A stretch of DNA of 64,000 nt, from assembly GCA_034933245.1 (NCBI GenBank), contig JAYFNX010000009.1, forward strand, positions 6,505 through 70,504. The letters are read 5' to 3'. The position numbers and the translations under genes were made by a program. Source of the DNA: Candidatus Pelethousia sp. GTDB lineage: Bacteria > Bacillota > Clostridia > Christensenellales > CAG-138. Position 1 is the first letter of the stretch. Each line of letters starts with the position of its first letter. Shown in pieces: positions 20,347 to 30,930 of this stretch. Under the pieces are notes generated by a model. The model did not search any database and was not told the origin of the DNA. It saw nothing but the letters and a program-made list of their open reading frames with translations.

Positions 20347-23106
20347 TCATGCATCCTTGCCGCAACACTGCTTATATTTCTTGCCGCTACCGCAGGGGCA
20401 TGGCGCGTTGCGGCTGATTTTCTCGCCCACGCGCTTGGGTTGGCGAGGGAGGGAGCCATCTCCGGGGCCTTCCACCGGCTTGGCCAGTTGTTCCCGGCGC
20501 GGGGCGTCCCCGGTGGTAAGCGCCACATGGTAAAGGCTGCGCACGGTCATTTCCCGAATACCCTGCACCATTTCATCGAACATGTCGAAGCCGGCGTTGC
20601 GGTAAGCCACAACAGGATCCTTCTGGCCGATGGCCTGCAGACCGATGCCCTGGCGAAGCTGGTCCATGGCATCGATATGATCCATCCAGTGTTCATCCAC
20701 GGCTCGCAGCAGCATCACCCGCTCGATCTCCCGCATATCCACCGTGCCGCCCAGCTTTTCGGCCGTCTTGGTAACCTCTGCCTCCTTTTGGGCATAGCCT
20801 TCGGCAACCAGGGCCTGCAGTGTTTCCTCCAGTTTGGCGGCATCCGTCATGGATTGAATGGTTTTCAGGCAATCGATCCCCGTAAGCTGGCCGATATCCG
20901 TCCGAATTCCGGTAAAATCCCATTCCTCGGCGGGGAGGGATGCGGGGCAATATTGCGCGCAGCGGAGCTGGACGCTTTCCGCCACCATCTGCAACACGCT
21001 ATCCCGAATGTCCTCGCCCATAAGCACCTTGCGGCGCTGCCCGTAAATGATTTCGCGCTGGCGGTTCATCACATCGTCATATTGCAGCACGTTTTTGCGG
21101 ATGTCAAAGTTATGAACTTCCACCCTTTTTTGTGCGTTTTCAATCTGCCTAGTCAGCAGGCCCGCCTCGATGGGGATGTCATCATCCGGAGAAAACTTTT
21201 CGAGCAGGCTCTTGACCCGTTCCCCCCCGAAGCGCTGCATGAGTTCATCTTCCATGGAAATATAAAAGCGGGAAGATCCAGGGTCGCCCTGCCGCCCGGC
21301 GCGGCCTCGCAGCTGGTTATCGATGCGGCGGCTCTCGTGGCGCTCCGTGCCGATGATATGGAGGCCGCCTGCGGCCACTACCTTTTCATGCTCGGCATCG
21401 GTCTCGCGCTTATGCTTCTCATAAGCATCGGCATATTGGCGCCTTGCCTCCAGAATAACCGGGTCCTCTGTTTCCGCATGGCCCGTGGCCTCTTCCAAAA
21501 GCTCCGGCGCCATGCCCGCATTCAGGAGCTCCCGCCTGGCCATGAATTCCGGGTTGCCGCCCAGCAGAATATCCGTACCGCGGCCAGCCATATTTGTCGC
21601 GATCGTCACGCTGCCCAGCTTGCCTGCCTGGGCCACAATTTCCGCCTCTCTGGCATGCTGCTTGGCGTTGAGCACCACATGTGGCACGCCCCGGCGTTTG
21701 AGCATGTCCGCAAGCTGCTCGCTCTTTTCCACGGAAATGGTTCCCACCAGAATCGGCTGGCCGTTCTTATGCACGGCCTCGATTTCCTCCACCACGGCCT
21801 TGAACTTGCCGGAAACGGTAGTATACACCACGTCGTTATAGTCCGCCCGGCAGAGGGGCTTGTTGGTGGGAACCTCCACAACGTCCAAATCGTAGATGGA
21901 TTGCAGCTCCTGCTCTTCGGTCTTGGCGGTGCCCGTCATGCCCGCCAGCTTATTATACATGCGGAAATAGTTCTGGAAGGTGATGGTAGCCAGGGTCTTG
22001 TTTTCCCGTTCCACCTTCACCCCTTCTTTGGCTTCCAGGGCCTGATGCAAGCCGTCGCTATAGCGTCGGCCCAGCATGAGCCGCCCCGTAAATTCATCCA
22101 CGATAAGAACCTGGTCGTCCTGCACCACATAATCCTTATCCCGTTGAAAGAGGGCATGGGCTTTGAGGGCCTGTTGGATGTGGTGATTCAGCTCGGTGTT
22201 CTCCGTGGCGGAGATATCCGCAATTCCGAAAAACTGCTCGGCCTTGCGCATACCTTCCTGGGTCAGCGCTACGGTGCGGGCCTTAATATCGGCCATATAA
22301 TCGCCGCTTTCAGGCTGTTCCTCGCCCATAAGCTGGTCCGTTTTGCTCATCTTGATGATGTTCTCGCCCCGGGTAAGTTTGCAAACAAAGCGATCCATCT
22401 TTTCGTACATATCCGTGGATTGTTCCCCGTGGCCGGAAATGATAAGCGGGGTTCGCGCTTCGTCGATGAGGATGGAGTCCACCTCGTCCACGATGGCATA
22501 GTTCAGCTCCCGCTGGACCATCTGGGCGCGGTAGACGACCATATTGTCCCGCAGGTAGTCGAAGCCAAACTCGTTATTGGTGCCATAGGTGATATCGCTG
22601 TTGTAGGCGGCGCGGCGGGCATCCCCGTCCATATCATGGATAATGCAGCCAACGCGCAGGCCCAGGAACCGGTAGATCTTTCCCATCCATTGGGCGTCAC
22701 GGCTGGCGAGGTAGTCGTTCACGGTCACGATGTGCACGCCCTTGCCCGTGAGGGCGTTGAGATAGGCGGGAAGGGTTTCGGTGATGGTCTTGCCTTCGCC
22801 CGTCTTCATCTCCGCAATGCGGCCCTGGTGCAATACGATGCCGCCGATGAGCTGCACGTCGTAATGCCACTGGCCAATGGTTCGTTTGGCCGCTTCCCGT
22901 ACCACGGCAAAGGCTTCCGGAATCAGCGAATCCAGGCTTTCGCCCTGGGCAATCCGTTCCTTAAATTCATCCGTCTTGGCCCGTAGCTGGGCATCCGCCA
23001 AGCCGGCCATCTCCGGCTCCAAGGCGTTAATTTTTTCCACCATTGGACGAAGCTTTCTCAGCTGGCTCTGGGCTGTATTGCCCAGGATTTTATCAATAAA
23101 GCTCAT
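20347..23106 (-). CDS. secA: preprotein translocase ATPase SecA
   Basis: ORF track, 919 aa. Includes MKTGEGKT, a DEAD-like [19 protein letters not shown], and the C-terminal zinc motif [14 protein letters not shown]. Confidence 0.97.
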   Translation of the reverse strand: MSFIDKILGNTAQSQLRKLRPMVEKINALEPEMAGLADAQLRAKTDEFKERIAQGESLDSLIPEAFAVVREAAKRTIGQWHYDVQLIGGIVLHQGRIAEMKTGEGKTITETLPAYLNALTGKGVHIVTVNDYLASRDAQWMGKIYRFLGLRVGCIIHDMDGDARRAAYNSDITYGTNNEFGFDYLRDNMVVYRAQMVQRELNYAIVDEVDSILIDEARTPLIISGHGEQSTDMYEKMDRFVCKLTRGENIIKMSKTDQLMGEEQPESGDYMADIKARTVALTQEGMRKAEQFFGIADISATENTELNHHIQQALKAHALFQRDKDYVVQDDQVLIVDEFTGRLMLGRRYSDGLHQALEAKEGVKVERENKTLATITFQNYFRMYNKLAGMTGTAKTEEQELQSIYDLDVVEVPTNKPLCRADYNDVVYTTVSGKFKAVVEEIEAVHKNGQPILVGTISVEKSEQLADMLKRRGVPHVVLNAKQHAREAEIVAQAGKLGSVTIATNMAGRGTDILLGGNPEFMARRELLNAGMAPELLEEATGHAETEDPVILEARRQYADAYEKHKRETDAEHEKVVAAGGLHIIGTERHESRRIDNQLRGRAGRQGDPGSSRFYISMEDELMQRFGGERVKSLLEKFSPDDDIPIEAGLLTRQIENAQKRVEVHNFDIRKNVLQYDDVMNRQREIIYGQRRKVLMGEDIRDSVLQMVAESVQLRCAQYCPASLPAEEWDFTGIRTDIGQLTGIDCLKTIQSMTDAAKLEETLQALVAEGYAQKEAEVTKTAEKLGGTVDMREIERVMLLRAVDEHWMDHIDAMDQLRQGIGLQAIGQKDPVVAYRNAGFDMFDEMVQGIREMTVRSLYHVALTTGDAPRREQLAKPVEGPGDGSLPRQPKRVGEKISRNAPCPCGSGKKYKQCCGKDA

Positions 23107-23331
23107 ATAAGCGCCTCCAGGCCCTAGATTTTGCTAAAAGCCATTGTACCATACATTTTTCCCGGTTACAAACCCGGGGAGACATTCGTCACGAAAACTT
23201 TCCATAGTGGTATCTTTATAAAGGGGTTCCAGGCCTTGAGCGATTTGTGATATGATAGCCTTTATAAGATTTTAACCGGAGAAGCGCCTGTTTTCTCTTG
23301 GGATTGAGCATAGAATTGAGGCTACCGGATT

Positions 23332-24309
23332 ATGAAGCGGATTCTTGATAAAAACCAGGCTCTGGGCCTTATATGCGCCCTGTCCTCCTCTACGCTGTTC
23401 GGCTTTAGCTTCCTCGCGGTGAAGCTGGGGGTTTCCCAAGTGTCTGTTTTTACCCTTTTGTCTTGGCGCTTCAGCATGGCATTTCTTGCCATGACCCTAT
23501 GCGTTGCCCTTGGTATTTTTCGGGTGGATTTTAAGGGCAAGATTCTCTGGCCGCTGCTGCTTCTCTCTTTTTTTCAACCGATTTTGTATTTCGTTTCGGA
23601 AACCTATGGCATCCAACTCACTAGCGCCAGCGAAAGCGGAACCATCATCGCTACCATTCCCCTCATTACGCTGTTGCTTATGCCCATCCTCACCAAAGAG
23701 CAGCCTACCCGCCGCCAATGGGTCAGCATTGCCATCTCCGTGGCGGGCGTAATCCTGGTGGGCGTCACGAAAGGGACGCAGGCATCCTTTAACCCGTTGG
23801 GTTACCTGGCGCTGTTGGCAGCGGCCGTAAGCGACGCGGTTTTTTTGAATCTTTCCCGCCGCTTTGGGGGATATACGGGCGTGGAAAAATCCTATGTGAT
23901 GGCCGGGCTTGGAGCCGTTATCTTTACGGGCGCTGCGTTCGCGGAGCATGGTGCGGCAGGTACTGTGCGTGATTTTCTTCTGCTTCCTTTCCGCGATTCG
24001 GACTTTTTGTTCGGCTGCCTTTACCTTTCCGTGGGCTGCTCGGTGTTTGCCTTCATTATGCGCAATGTGGCCGTATCCCAACTAGGCCCAGGCCGGGCCG
24101 GAAGCTTTGCCGGCGTTACCACCCTGGTGAGCGTGCTGGCGGGCGTCTTGCTGCTGGGGGAAGGTTTTTCTCCGCTCCAAGGCATAGGCACGCTGCTGGT
24201 TTTACTAGGCATATATGGAGCCAATACCCTACCGGCCGCGGCGCAAGCGGTAGAGCCAATACAGACCATACCTGCACCCCTGCAAGCCACCGACGAAAAG
24301 GAGGATTAA
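23332..24309 (+). CDS. DMT-superfamily (EamA-like) transporter
   Basis: ORF track, 325 aa. About 10 hydrophobic helices arranged as two EamA-like halves. Confidence 0.75.
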   Translation: MKRILDKNQALGLICALSSSTLFGFSFLAVKLGVSQVSVFTLLSWRFSMAFLAMTLCVALGIFRVDFKGKILWPLLLLSFFQPILYFVSETYGIQLTSASESGTIIATIPLITLLLMPILTKEQPTRRQWVSIAISVAGVILVGVTKGTQASFNPLGYLALLAAAVSDAVFLNLSRRFGGYTGVEKSYVMAGLGAVIFTGAAFAEHGAAGTVRDFLLLPFRDSDFLFGCLYLSVGCSVFAFIMRNVAVSQLGPGRAGSFAGVTTLVSVLAGVLLLGEGFSPLQGIGTLLVLLGIYGANTLPAAAQAVEPIQTIPAPLQATDEKED

Positions 24310-24310
24310 C

Positions 24311-25066
24311 ATGAGAAGCTTCATTTTTATAATAGGCGCCCTGCTTACGCTGGATACGGCAGCCCTATCCTTGGTGTCCAATGGGAACCTGGGCACGGTA
24401 TTACCTGCGGTGCTGGGCATTCCCCTTCTTCTGCTCTCCATCTTCTACCCTGCGCTCACGGCTTGGTTTGCAACGCCTCTGGGCCATGCCTGCAAGGTGC
24501 TGCTCATTTGCCTTTATGGGGCATGTTTCCTGGTGTTGGGCATCATGACGGTCCTGCTTAAAAGCGCGGAGCATGTAGAAGTGGAGCCGGATAGGGATGT
24601 GCTCATTGTGTTGGGTTGCTCCGTACGCAACGGCCGCCCTTCTCTTACCCTGCGCTATCGTCTGGATGCGGCCCTCACATACCTGGACCAAAGCCCCCAT
24701 ACCACGGTGATCGTCTCCGGGGGCCAGGGACCGCAGGAATCCGTCTCCGAAGCCAGGGCTATGGCGGATTATCTAACTGCCCACGGCCTGGATGCAAGCC
24801 GCATTATTCTGGAAGACCAATCCACCAGCACCTATGAAAATTTTAAATTCTGCAAGACCATCCTGCAAGAGCGCTTTCCCGGGGACGCCTCCGTGGCCTT
24901 TGTTACCACGGGCTTTCATGTTTACCGTTCCGGCCGCGTAGCCGCCATGCATGGAATCCGAGCTGAAGGAATCCCTGCGCAGGATGTTTGGTATAGCGCC
25001 CCCAACAACTCTATCAGGGAGGGAATTGCGGTGGTTCTTTACACCCTTTCCGGCAAGCTAACTTAA
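24311..25066 (+). CDS. YdcF/ElyC-family (DUF218) membrane-anchored protein
   Basis: ORF track, 251 aa. N-terminal TM helices, then VIVSGGQG...ESVSEA.AM..YL...G.....I..E..STSTYEN. Confidence 0.7.
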   Translation: MRSFIFIIGALLTLDTAALSLVSNGNLGTVLPAVLGIPLLLLSIFYPALTAWFATPLGHACKVLLICLYGACFLVLGIMTVLLKSAEHVEVEPDRDVLIVLGCSVRNGRPSLTLRYRLDAALTYLDQSPHTTVIVSGGQGPQESVSEARAMADYLTAHGLDASRIILEDQSTSTYENFKFCKTILQERFPGDASVAFVTTGFHVYRSGRVAAMHGIRAEGIPAQDVWYSAPNNSIREGIAVVLYTLSGKLT

Positions 25067-25228
25067 ACCCCGGCGCTTCGTTTAAATCCGGGCCGGTCCT
25101 GTTGACTTTCGGCCCGGATCGTCATATACTAATTGAATTATTTTTAAATTCTATTGTGTTGTTTGTTGGTTGTGATGGCGGTAAATGCCGCCCCCATATA
25201 ATTTTTTATTTTGTAAAGGAGCTGGACC

Positions 25229-27304
25229 ATGAGCATTCCCGTAACTTTTGGCGAACTGGTATTCAATGATGCCGCCATGAAAGCGCGGCTCCCCGCACAA
25301 ACTTATCTGGTCCTCAAGGACACCATCCGCTGCGGCAAGCCGTTGGATGCCAACGTAGCCGGCGAGGTTGCCCTTGCCATGAAGGAATGGGCCATTGAAA
25401 AGGGAGTCACCCATTTTACCCATTGGTTCCAGCCTCTCACGGGCTGCACCGCTGAAAAGCACGACGGATTCCTCTCCCCGGCAGGAGATGGCAGTGCGAT
25501 ATTGGAGTTTTCCGCCAAAGAGCTTATTATGAGCGAACCGGATGCCTCCAGTTTTCCTTCCGGCGGCCTGCGCGCTACCTTTGAAGCCCGGGGTTATACG
25601 GCTTGGGACCCTACCAGCTTTGCCTTCATTAAGGATGGCACTCTCTGCATTCCCACCATTTTCTGCGCTTATAGCGGCGATGCGCTGGATAAAAAGACCC
25701 CGCTGCTTCGTTCCATGCAGCTTATTGATGAGCAAGCCCGCCGCATTCTTCGTCTTTTCGGCCACGAAAATGTGCGCCGGGTGATTTCTACCGCGGGGCC
25801 TGAGCAGGAATACTTTTTGGTCAATAAGGAACTTTTCGACAAACGTCCGGACTTGCGGTTCTGCTCCCGAACGCTTTTAGGGGCGCCCGCGCCCAAAGGG
25901 CAGGAACTGGAAGATCATTATTTTGGCGCCCTTTCCTCCAGGGTGGTGGGCTTCATGCGTGAAGTGGATACGGAGCTCTGGAAACTGGGTGTCTTCGCAA
26001 AAACGGAGCATAAAGAAGTGGCCCCCGGCCAATATGAGCTAGCCTGCGTTTATTCCGATACGAACACTGCCACGGACAACAACCAGCTCGTGATGGAGGT
26101 GCTGCGCAATACGGCCCTCAAGCACGGCATGGTCTGCCTGCTTCACGAAAAGCCCTTCGCGGGAATCAACGGCAGTGGTAAGCACAACAATTGGGCGCTT
26201 GCAACGGATACGGGCCTGAACCTTTTAGAGCCCGGCAAGAGTCCCAAGGATAACCTCCAGTTCTTGCTTTTCCTCGCCGCCATTATCAAAGCGGTGGATG
26301 AATATCAGGATTTGCTTCGGATGGCCGTATCCGGCGCCGGGAACGACCAGCGTCTGGGTGGCTTCGAAGCGCCCCCGGCCATCATCTCCGTATATTTGGG
26401 GGACACTCTCAGCGAGCTGCTGGGTTCCATCGAACGCAAGGAGGATTATGTGGAAGGCGCCGTGCGCATGCTGGAAAGCGGCGTTTGCGTGGTTCCCACC
26501 CTGCGCATGGATACCACGGATCGCAATCGGACTTCCCCCTTTGCTTTCACGGGTAACAAGTTTGAGTTCCGCATGCCCGGATCCAGCCATTCCATTGCGG
26601 ATGTGAACACGGTGATTAATACCATTGTAGCCGAGTCCTTGCGCCAATTTGCCGATAAGCTGGAAAATGCCGAGGATTTCCGCCACGAAGCTTTCCGCGT
26701 GATCCGCCATGCCGTGCGGGATCATAAGCGCATCCTATTTTGCGGCAACGGTTATAGCACCGAGTGGGCTGCCGAGGCGGAAAGCAGAGGTCTTCTCAAC
26801 CTGCCCACCACGGTCGATGCGCTTCCCCGCCTCGTAACTCCCAAAAATATTCAGCTTTTTACCCGTTATGGCATCTATACCGAACGGGAGCTTTGGAGCC
26901 GCTACGAAATTCAGCTGGAAAATTATGTGAAAATCGTGCGTATCGAAGGCGCGACCATGCTGGAAATGGCTACGCGCAGCATTTTGCCTGCTATGATTGC
27001 CTACCAAAAGGAACTGGCCCAGGCTCTGATGCTTAAAAAGCAGCTTCGCGTGGACGGTAGCGTGGAAGAGGCCCTGCTCACCCGGCTTTCCAAGGGTTGT
27101 GTGAGCCTACAGCAAGCTTGCGATAGCTTAAATGGTTTCTTGGCCCTCTCTCCCGAAGAACCACATGCCGCTGCGCTGCACTGTAAGGATCGTATTTTGC
27201 CTGCCATGCAAACCGTCCGCTTTGCATCGGATGCTCTGGAGCAAGCCGCTCCCAGCAATATATGGCCGTTGCCATCCTACGAGGCGTTGCTCTTTAATCT
27301 ATGA
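25229..27304 (+). CDS. glnN: glutamine synthetase type III
   Basis: ORF track, 691 aa. Its length and sequence (FTHWFQPLTG...EVAPGQYE...HEKPFAGINGSGKHNNW) are typical of GSIII. Confidence 0.9.
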   Translation: MSIPVTFGELVFNDAAMKARLPAQTYLVLKDTIRCGKPLDANVAGEVALAMKEWAIEKGVTHFTHWFQPLTGCTAEKHDGFLSPAGDGSAILEFSAKELIMSEPDASSFPSGGLRATFEARGYTAWDPTSFAFIKDGTLCIPTIFCAYSGDALDKKTPLLRSMQLIDEQARRILRLFGHENVRRVISTAGPEQEYFLVNKELFDKRPDLRFCSRTLLGAPAPKGQELEDHYFGALSSRVVGFMREVDTELWKLGVFAKTEHKEVAPGQYELACVYSDTNTATDNNQLVMEVLRNTALKHGMVCLLHEKPFAGINGSGKHNNWALATDTGLNLLEPGKSPKDNLQFLLFLAAIIKAVDEYQDLLRMAVSGAGNDQRLGGFEAPPAIISVYLGDTLSELLGSIERKEDYVEGAVRMLESGVCVVPTLRMDTTDRNRTSPFAFTGNKFEFRMPGSSHSIADVNTVINTIVAESLRQFADKLENAEDFRHEAFRVIRHAVRDHKRILFCGNGYSTEWAAEAESRGLLNLPTTVDALPRLVTPKNIQLFTRYGIYTERELWSRYEIQLENYVKIVRIEGATMLEMATRSILPAMIAYQKELAQALMLKKQLRVDGSVEEALLTRLSKGCVSLQQACDSLNGFLALSPEEPHAAALHCKDRILPAMQTVRFASDALEQAAPSNIWPLPSYEALLFNL

Positions 27305-27313
27305 CCACCAGGG

Positions 27314-27345
27314 GGGAGGCGCATACATCGCGCCTCCCTTTTTTA
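27314..27345 (+). terminator. rho-independent terminator of glnN
   Basis: GGGAGGCGC-atacatc-GCGCCTCCC followed by TTTTTT. Confidence 0.8.
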
Positions 27346-27423
27346 TGAGTTGTACGCATCTTCGTAACACATTGTTACACCGCTCATAATGATTTATTAG
27401 AACCACATATCTCCCTATTTGTA

Positions 27424-27452
27424 TTGACATCCACTCGTGATAGAATTATCAT
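27424..27452 (+). promoter_or_regulatory. candidate gdhA promoter
   Basis: TTGACA (27424-27429), 17-bp spacer, TATCAT (27447-27452). Confidence 0.4.
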
Positions 27453-27551
27453 ATTTTATAGATGGCGGCCCCATTGCCATCGTTTTATTATGCTTTTCCT
27501 TTTCCCCGTTGCGGCGGGGTCAAATAACCAACCATTGTGTGGAGGTATCAA

Positions 27552-28898
27552 ATGAACGCTTACATCGAAGCAGTCCTGGAGAAAGTCAAGAAACGCGATG
27601 CCAATGAGCCCGAGTTCCTGCAAACCGTGGAAGAGGTTCTCAAGAGCCTTGAGACCGTCGTCAGCCAGCATCCCGAATACGAGAAGTCTGGTTTGCTTGA
27701 GCGGCTTACCGAGCCTGAGCGTACGATTGAATTCCGGGTCTCCTGGGTGGACGATGCTGGCAAGGTTCAAGTGAATCGTGGCTATCGCGTCCAGTTCAAC
27801 AGTGCAATCGGCCCCTACAAGGGCGGCCTGCGCTTTGCTTCTCACGTGAATCTGTCCGTTATGAAGTTCCTTGGCTTTGAGCAAACTTTCAAAAACAGCC
27901 TCACCTCCCTGCCCATGGGCGGCGGCAAGGGCGGCTCGGACTTTGATCCTAACGGCAAGAGCGATGCTGAAATTATGCGTTTCTGCCAGGCGTTCATGAC
28001 GGAACTCCAGCGCCACATCGGTCCCAACATCGACGTGCCCGCCGGCGACATCGGCGTGGGCGGCCGGGAGATCGGCTATCTGTTCGGCCAGTATAAGCGC
28101 ATTCGCGGCGCCTATGAGAACGGCGTTCTCACCGGCAAGGGCCGTTCCTTTGGCGGCAGTGTGATCCGTCCCGAGGCCACCGGCTTTGGCGCTATCTATT
28201 ATGTTTGCGAAGTGCTCAAGCACCTCAACGATGGCATTAAGGGCAAGACCATTGTCATGTCCGGTTTCGGCAACGTGGCTTGGGGCGTAGCCACGAAGGC
28301 TGCCCAGCTTGGCGCTAAGGTTGTTACGCTTTCCGGCCCGGATGGATATTGCTACGATCCCGATGGTATCTGCACCCAGGAGAAGTGGGATCATATGCTC
28401 ACCATGCGCGCTTCCGGCCGTAATAAGGCTCAGGATTATGCGGATAAATTCGGCGTTCAGTTCTTCCCCGGCCAGAAGCCCTGGGGTCAGAAGGCGGATA
28501 TCTGCATGCCTTGCGCCTATCAGAATGAGATTGGCATGAAAGAGGCCAACCAGATCCTGGACAACGGCACCAAGTACTATATCGAAGTTGCCAACATGCC
28601 CACCACCAACGAAGCTCTGTTCTATCTGATGGATAAGGGCCTCGTCGTAGCCCCCTCCAAGGCGGTCAACGCGGGCGGCGTGGCGGTCTCCGGCCTGGAG
28701 ATGAGCCAGAACTCCGAGCGTCTCTCCTGGAGCGAGGAGGAAGTGGATTCCAAGCTTCACTCCATCATGACCAGCATCCATGCGGCTTCCGCCCAGGCAG
28801 CTGCAGAGTGTGGCCTTGGCTACAACCTGGTGGCCGGTGCGAACATCGCTGGCTTCAAGAAGGTTGCGGATGCCATGATGGCGCAGGGCATTGTGTAA
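27552..28898 (+). CDS. gdhA: NADP-specific glutamate dehydrogenase
   Basis: ORF 27537..28898. ATG 27552 lies behind GGAGG. Contains the motif GPYKGGLRF...LPMGGGKGGSDFDP. Confidence 0.95.
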   Translation: MNAYIEAVLEKVKKRDANEPEFLQTVEEVLKSLETVVSQHPEYEKSGLLERLTEPERTIEFRVSWVDDAGKVQVNRGYRVQFNSAIGPYKGGLRFASHVNLSVMKFLGFEQTFKNSLTSLPMGGGKGGSDFDPNGKSDAEIMRFCQAFMTELQRHIGPNIDVPAGDIGVGGREIGYLFGQYKRIRGAYENGVLTGKGRSFGGSVIRPEATGFGAIYYVCEVLKHLNDGIKGKTIVMSGFGNVAWGVATKAAQLGAKVVTLSGPDGYCYDPDGICTQEKWDHMLTMRASGRNKAQDYADKFGVQFFPGQKPWGQKADICMPCAYQNEIGMKEANQILDNGTKYYIEVANMPTTNEALFYLMDKGLVVAPSKAVNAGGVAVSGLEMSQNSERLSWSEEEVDSKLHSIMTSIHAASAQAAAECGLGYNLVAGANIAGFKKVADAMMAQGIV

Positions 28899-28925
28899 CA
28901 GCTTGCCCAACATATATTTTTCAAT

Positions 28926-28957
28926 AAAAGAGGCCCCGCATATGCGGGGCCTCTTTT
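28926..28957 (+). terminator. rho-independent terminator of gdhA
   Basis: AAAAGAGGCCCCGCATATGCGGGGCCTCTTTT, a perfect palindrome with a T-run. Confidence 0.85.
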
Positions 28958-29002
28958 ATTGAAAAAAGTCTTTGATGCTGTTGTAAAGCTATGTTGTGTT
29001 TC

Positions 29003-29030
29003 TTGACTTTTTAGAAATCCGTGCTATACT
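29003..29030 (+). promoter_or_regulatory. promoter of the GntR-ABC operon
   Basis: TTGACT (29003-29008), 16-bp spacer, TATACT (29025-29030). Confidence 0.5.
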
Positions 29031-29052
29031 GTTATTGTTTTGATATAACAGT
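29028..29052. promoter_or_regulatory. candidate GntR/YtrA operator (8-bp inverted repeat overlapping the -10 box)
   Basis: ACTGTTAT-N9-ATAACAGT, read directly. Confidence 0.5.
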
Positions 29053-29077
29053 TAATACACACAGAACAGGAGAAGCC

Positions 29078-29464
29078 ATGAATCTGGTAATATCCAATGT
29101 CATGGGCATACCCATTTATGAGCAGCTCAAGCGCCAGATAAAGGCGGCCGTCCTTTCCGGCGAGCTTCAGGAAGGCGAGGCCCTCCCCAGCTTGCGCACG
29201 GTAGCGCGGGAGCTTCGCATCAGCGTGCTCACCACCGCCCGGGCCTATACCGAGCTGGAGCAGGAAGGCTTTGTGGTAAGCATTCAAGGCAAAGGGTGCT
29301 ACGTGCAGGGGCGGAACAATGCCCTTTTACGAGAGCATCTTGTGCGCCGCACGGAAGAACATCTGGCGGAGGCGATTCTAACCGCAAGGCAGGTTGGCCT
29401 TTCAAAAAAGGAACTTCACGGTTTGTTGGAGATTCTATTACAAGAAGAGCATCAGGGGGATTAG
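29078..29464 (+). CDS. GntR-family (YtrA-subfamily) transcriptional regulator
   Basis: ORF 29021..29464. Start MNLVISNVMGIPIYEQLKRQI. wHTH region LPSLRTVARELRISVLTTARAYTELE. The short C-terminal domain is typical of YtrA. Confidence 0.85.
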   Translation: MNLVISNVMGIPIYEQLKRQIKAAVLSGELQEGEALPSLRTVARELRISVLTTARAYTELEQEGFVVSIQGKGCYVQGRNNALLREHLVRRTEEHLAEAILTARQVGLSKKELHGLLEILLQEEHQGD

Positions 29465-29467
29465 ACC

Positions 29468-30301
29468 ATGAACGCGTTGGATTTGAGAAACGTATGCAAA
29501 ACCTATGACGGCTTTGCCCTGGAAAATGTAAGTTTTAGCCTGCCCGAGGGGTATATCATGGGCTTTATTGGGGAAAACGGAGCGGGAAAAACCACCACAA
29601 TCAAAGCGATTTTAGGCCTGATCCATTGTGAAGGCGATATTTCCGTGCTCGGGCGGGACCAGCAAGACATCACGGCCGTAAAGGAACACATCGGCGTGGT
29701 GCTGGAGGAGGCCACCTTCCCAGACCAGATCAACCTTACGGATGTGAACGCTATTCTGTGCGGGATCTACAAAACCTGGAACGGCGATCACTTTTTCGCC
29801 TTGGCGGACCGCTTTAAACTGGATCGCAAGAAAAAGATTAAGGACTATTCCCGCGGCATGAAGATGAAGCTTTCTCTGGCCGTGGCCCTTTCTCATGATA
29901 GCCGCTTGCTCATCCTCGACGAACCCACCTCCGGCCTGGACCCTGTGGTGCGGGATGAAGTGCTGGATATGCTGCTGGATTTCATTCAGCGGCCGGATCA
30001 TACGGTTCTCATTTCCTCCCATATCATCAGCGATTTGGAACGGGTATGCGACTATGTGACCTTTATTCATGGGGGACATATCCTTTTCTCCATGAGCAAG
30101 GAAGAACTTGGGGAAGCATTTGGAATTCTGCGCTGCTCGGAGCAGGAGCTCGCCTCCCTGCCAAAAGGCGCGGTCTGTGGCATACGGCGAAGCCGCTTTG
30201 GTTGCGAGGTGCTCGTCCATCGCCATCTCGTAAAAAACATCAAGCTGGAAGCAGCGGGAATCGAGGATATTATGGTGCTGATCGTAAAGGGGGTTGGTTG
30301 A
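29468..30301 (+). CDS. ABC transporter ATP-binding protein
   Basis: ORF track, 277 aa. Walker A GENGAGKTT, signature YSRGMKMKL, Walker B LLILDEPTSGLD. Confidence 0.9.
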   Translation: MNALDLRNVCKTYDGFALENVSFSLPEGYIMGFIGENGAGKTTTIKAILGLIHCEGDISVLGRDQQDITAVKEHIGVVLEEATFPDQINLTDVNAILCGIYKTWNGDHFFALADRFKLDRKKKIKDYSRGMKMKLSLAVALSHDSRLLILDEPTSGLDPVVRDEVLDMLLDFIQRPDHTVLISSHIISDLERVCDYVTFIHGGHILFSMSKEELGEAFGILRCSEQELASLPKGAVCGIRRSRFGCEVLVHRHLVKNIKLEAAGIEDIMVLIVKGVG

Positions 30302-30926
30302 TATGCGCGGATTGCTAAAAAAAGATTTAAAAAGCATTGGGCAGCAAAGCTGGGTAATCCTACTTCTGGTGATCTTTTATGCGATGATGTTTCTTTTCGG
30401 CGGCAAGGAGAATGCCGGTCTTTTTGTGGGCATGATCGCGATGCTGGGCGTTCTTCTGCCGTTCACGGCGCTCAGCTATGATGAAAAGGCCCGGTGGGAC
30501 CGGTATGCCCTCACCATGCCCATCTCCCGCGCCATGCTGGTTTGGAGCAAATACCTCCTTTCCCTGCTCATTTCCGTGTGCAGTGGGCTTCTCGCGCTGG
30601 CCATATGCCTGGCATCCCAGGCGTATCCGCTCAAAGAGGCCCTGCTTCTTAGCTGGATAATGCTGGGGATTGCCCTGCTTTTCTCCGCCGTGATCTATCC
30701 CCTGTATTTCAAGCTGGGAGCAGAAAAAGCCCGGTATGCCCTTATGGTTATATTCTTTCTTCCCACTATTTTGATAATGCTGCTCAGCCAGGCGGGCTTT
30801 AATCTGCCGGATTTCGATGAAATGGAAATGCAGCGTTTTCTTCCCTTTCTCCCCCTTGTAACCATGACCCTTTTTGGTGCAAGCGGGCTTTTAAGCCGCC
30901 GCATTTATGCAAAGAAGGAGTTCTAG
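30294..30926 (+). CDS. ABC-2-type membrane permease
   Basis: ORF track, 210 aa, six hydrophobic helices. Overlaps the ATPase gene by 8 nt. Confidence 0.7.
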   Translation: MVDMRGLLKKDLKSIGQQSWVILLLVIFYAMMFLFGGKENAGLFVGMIAMLGVLLPFTALSYDEKARWDRYALTMPISRAMLVWSKYLLSLLISVCSGLLALAICLASQAYPLKEALLLSWIMLGIALLFSAVIYPLYFKLGAEKARYALMVIFFLPTILIMLLSQAGFNLPDFDEMEMQRFLPFLPLVTMTLFGASGLLSRRIYAKKEF

Positions 30927-30930
30927 ATTT

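Noticed and set aside
19627-22986. Very long plus-strand ORF (1119 aa). Similar long ORFs lie opposite known genes, for example 27456..28913, 40417..42303, 4731..5765, 17123..18052, 50087..51037 and 51554..52585.
   Set aside because: All of these lie antisense to strongly recognisable genes (secA, gdhA, the binding protein, r-proteins, leuS). Their translations are low-complexity (H/G/A/L/R-rich) with no recognisable motifs. Stop-poor antisense frames of this kind are expected in GC-rich coding DNA.
29462-29470. The GntR regulator and the downstream ABC ATPase are in the same reading frame, separated only by TAG-ACC, which would suggest a read-through fusion.
   Set aside because: The ATPase has its own ATG three nucleotides after the stop, a typical coupled-operon junction. 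A GntR-ATPase fusion has no precedent that I know of. A shared frame is expected by chance in one of three junctions.
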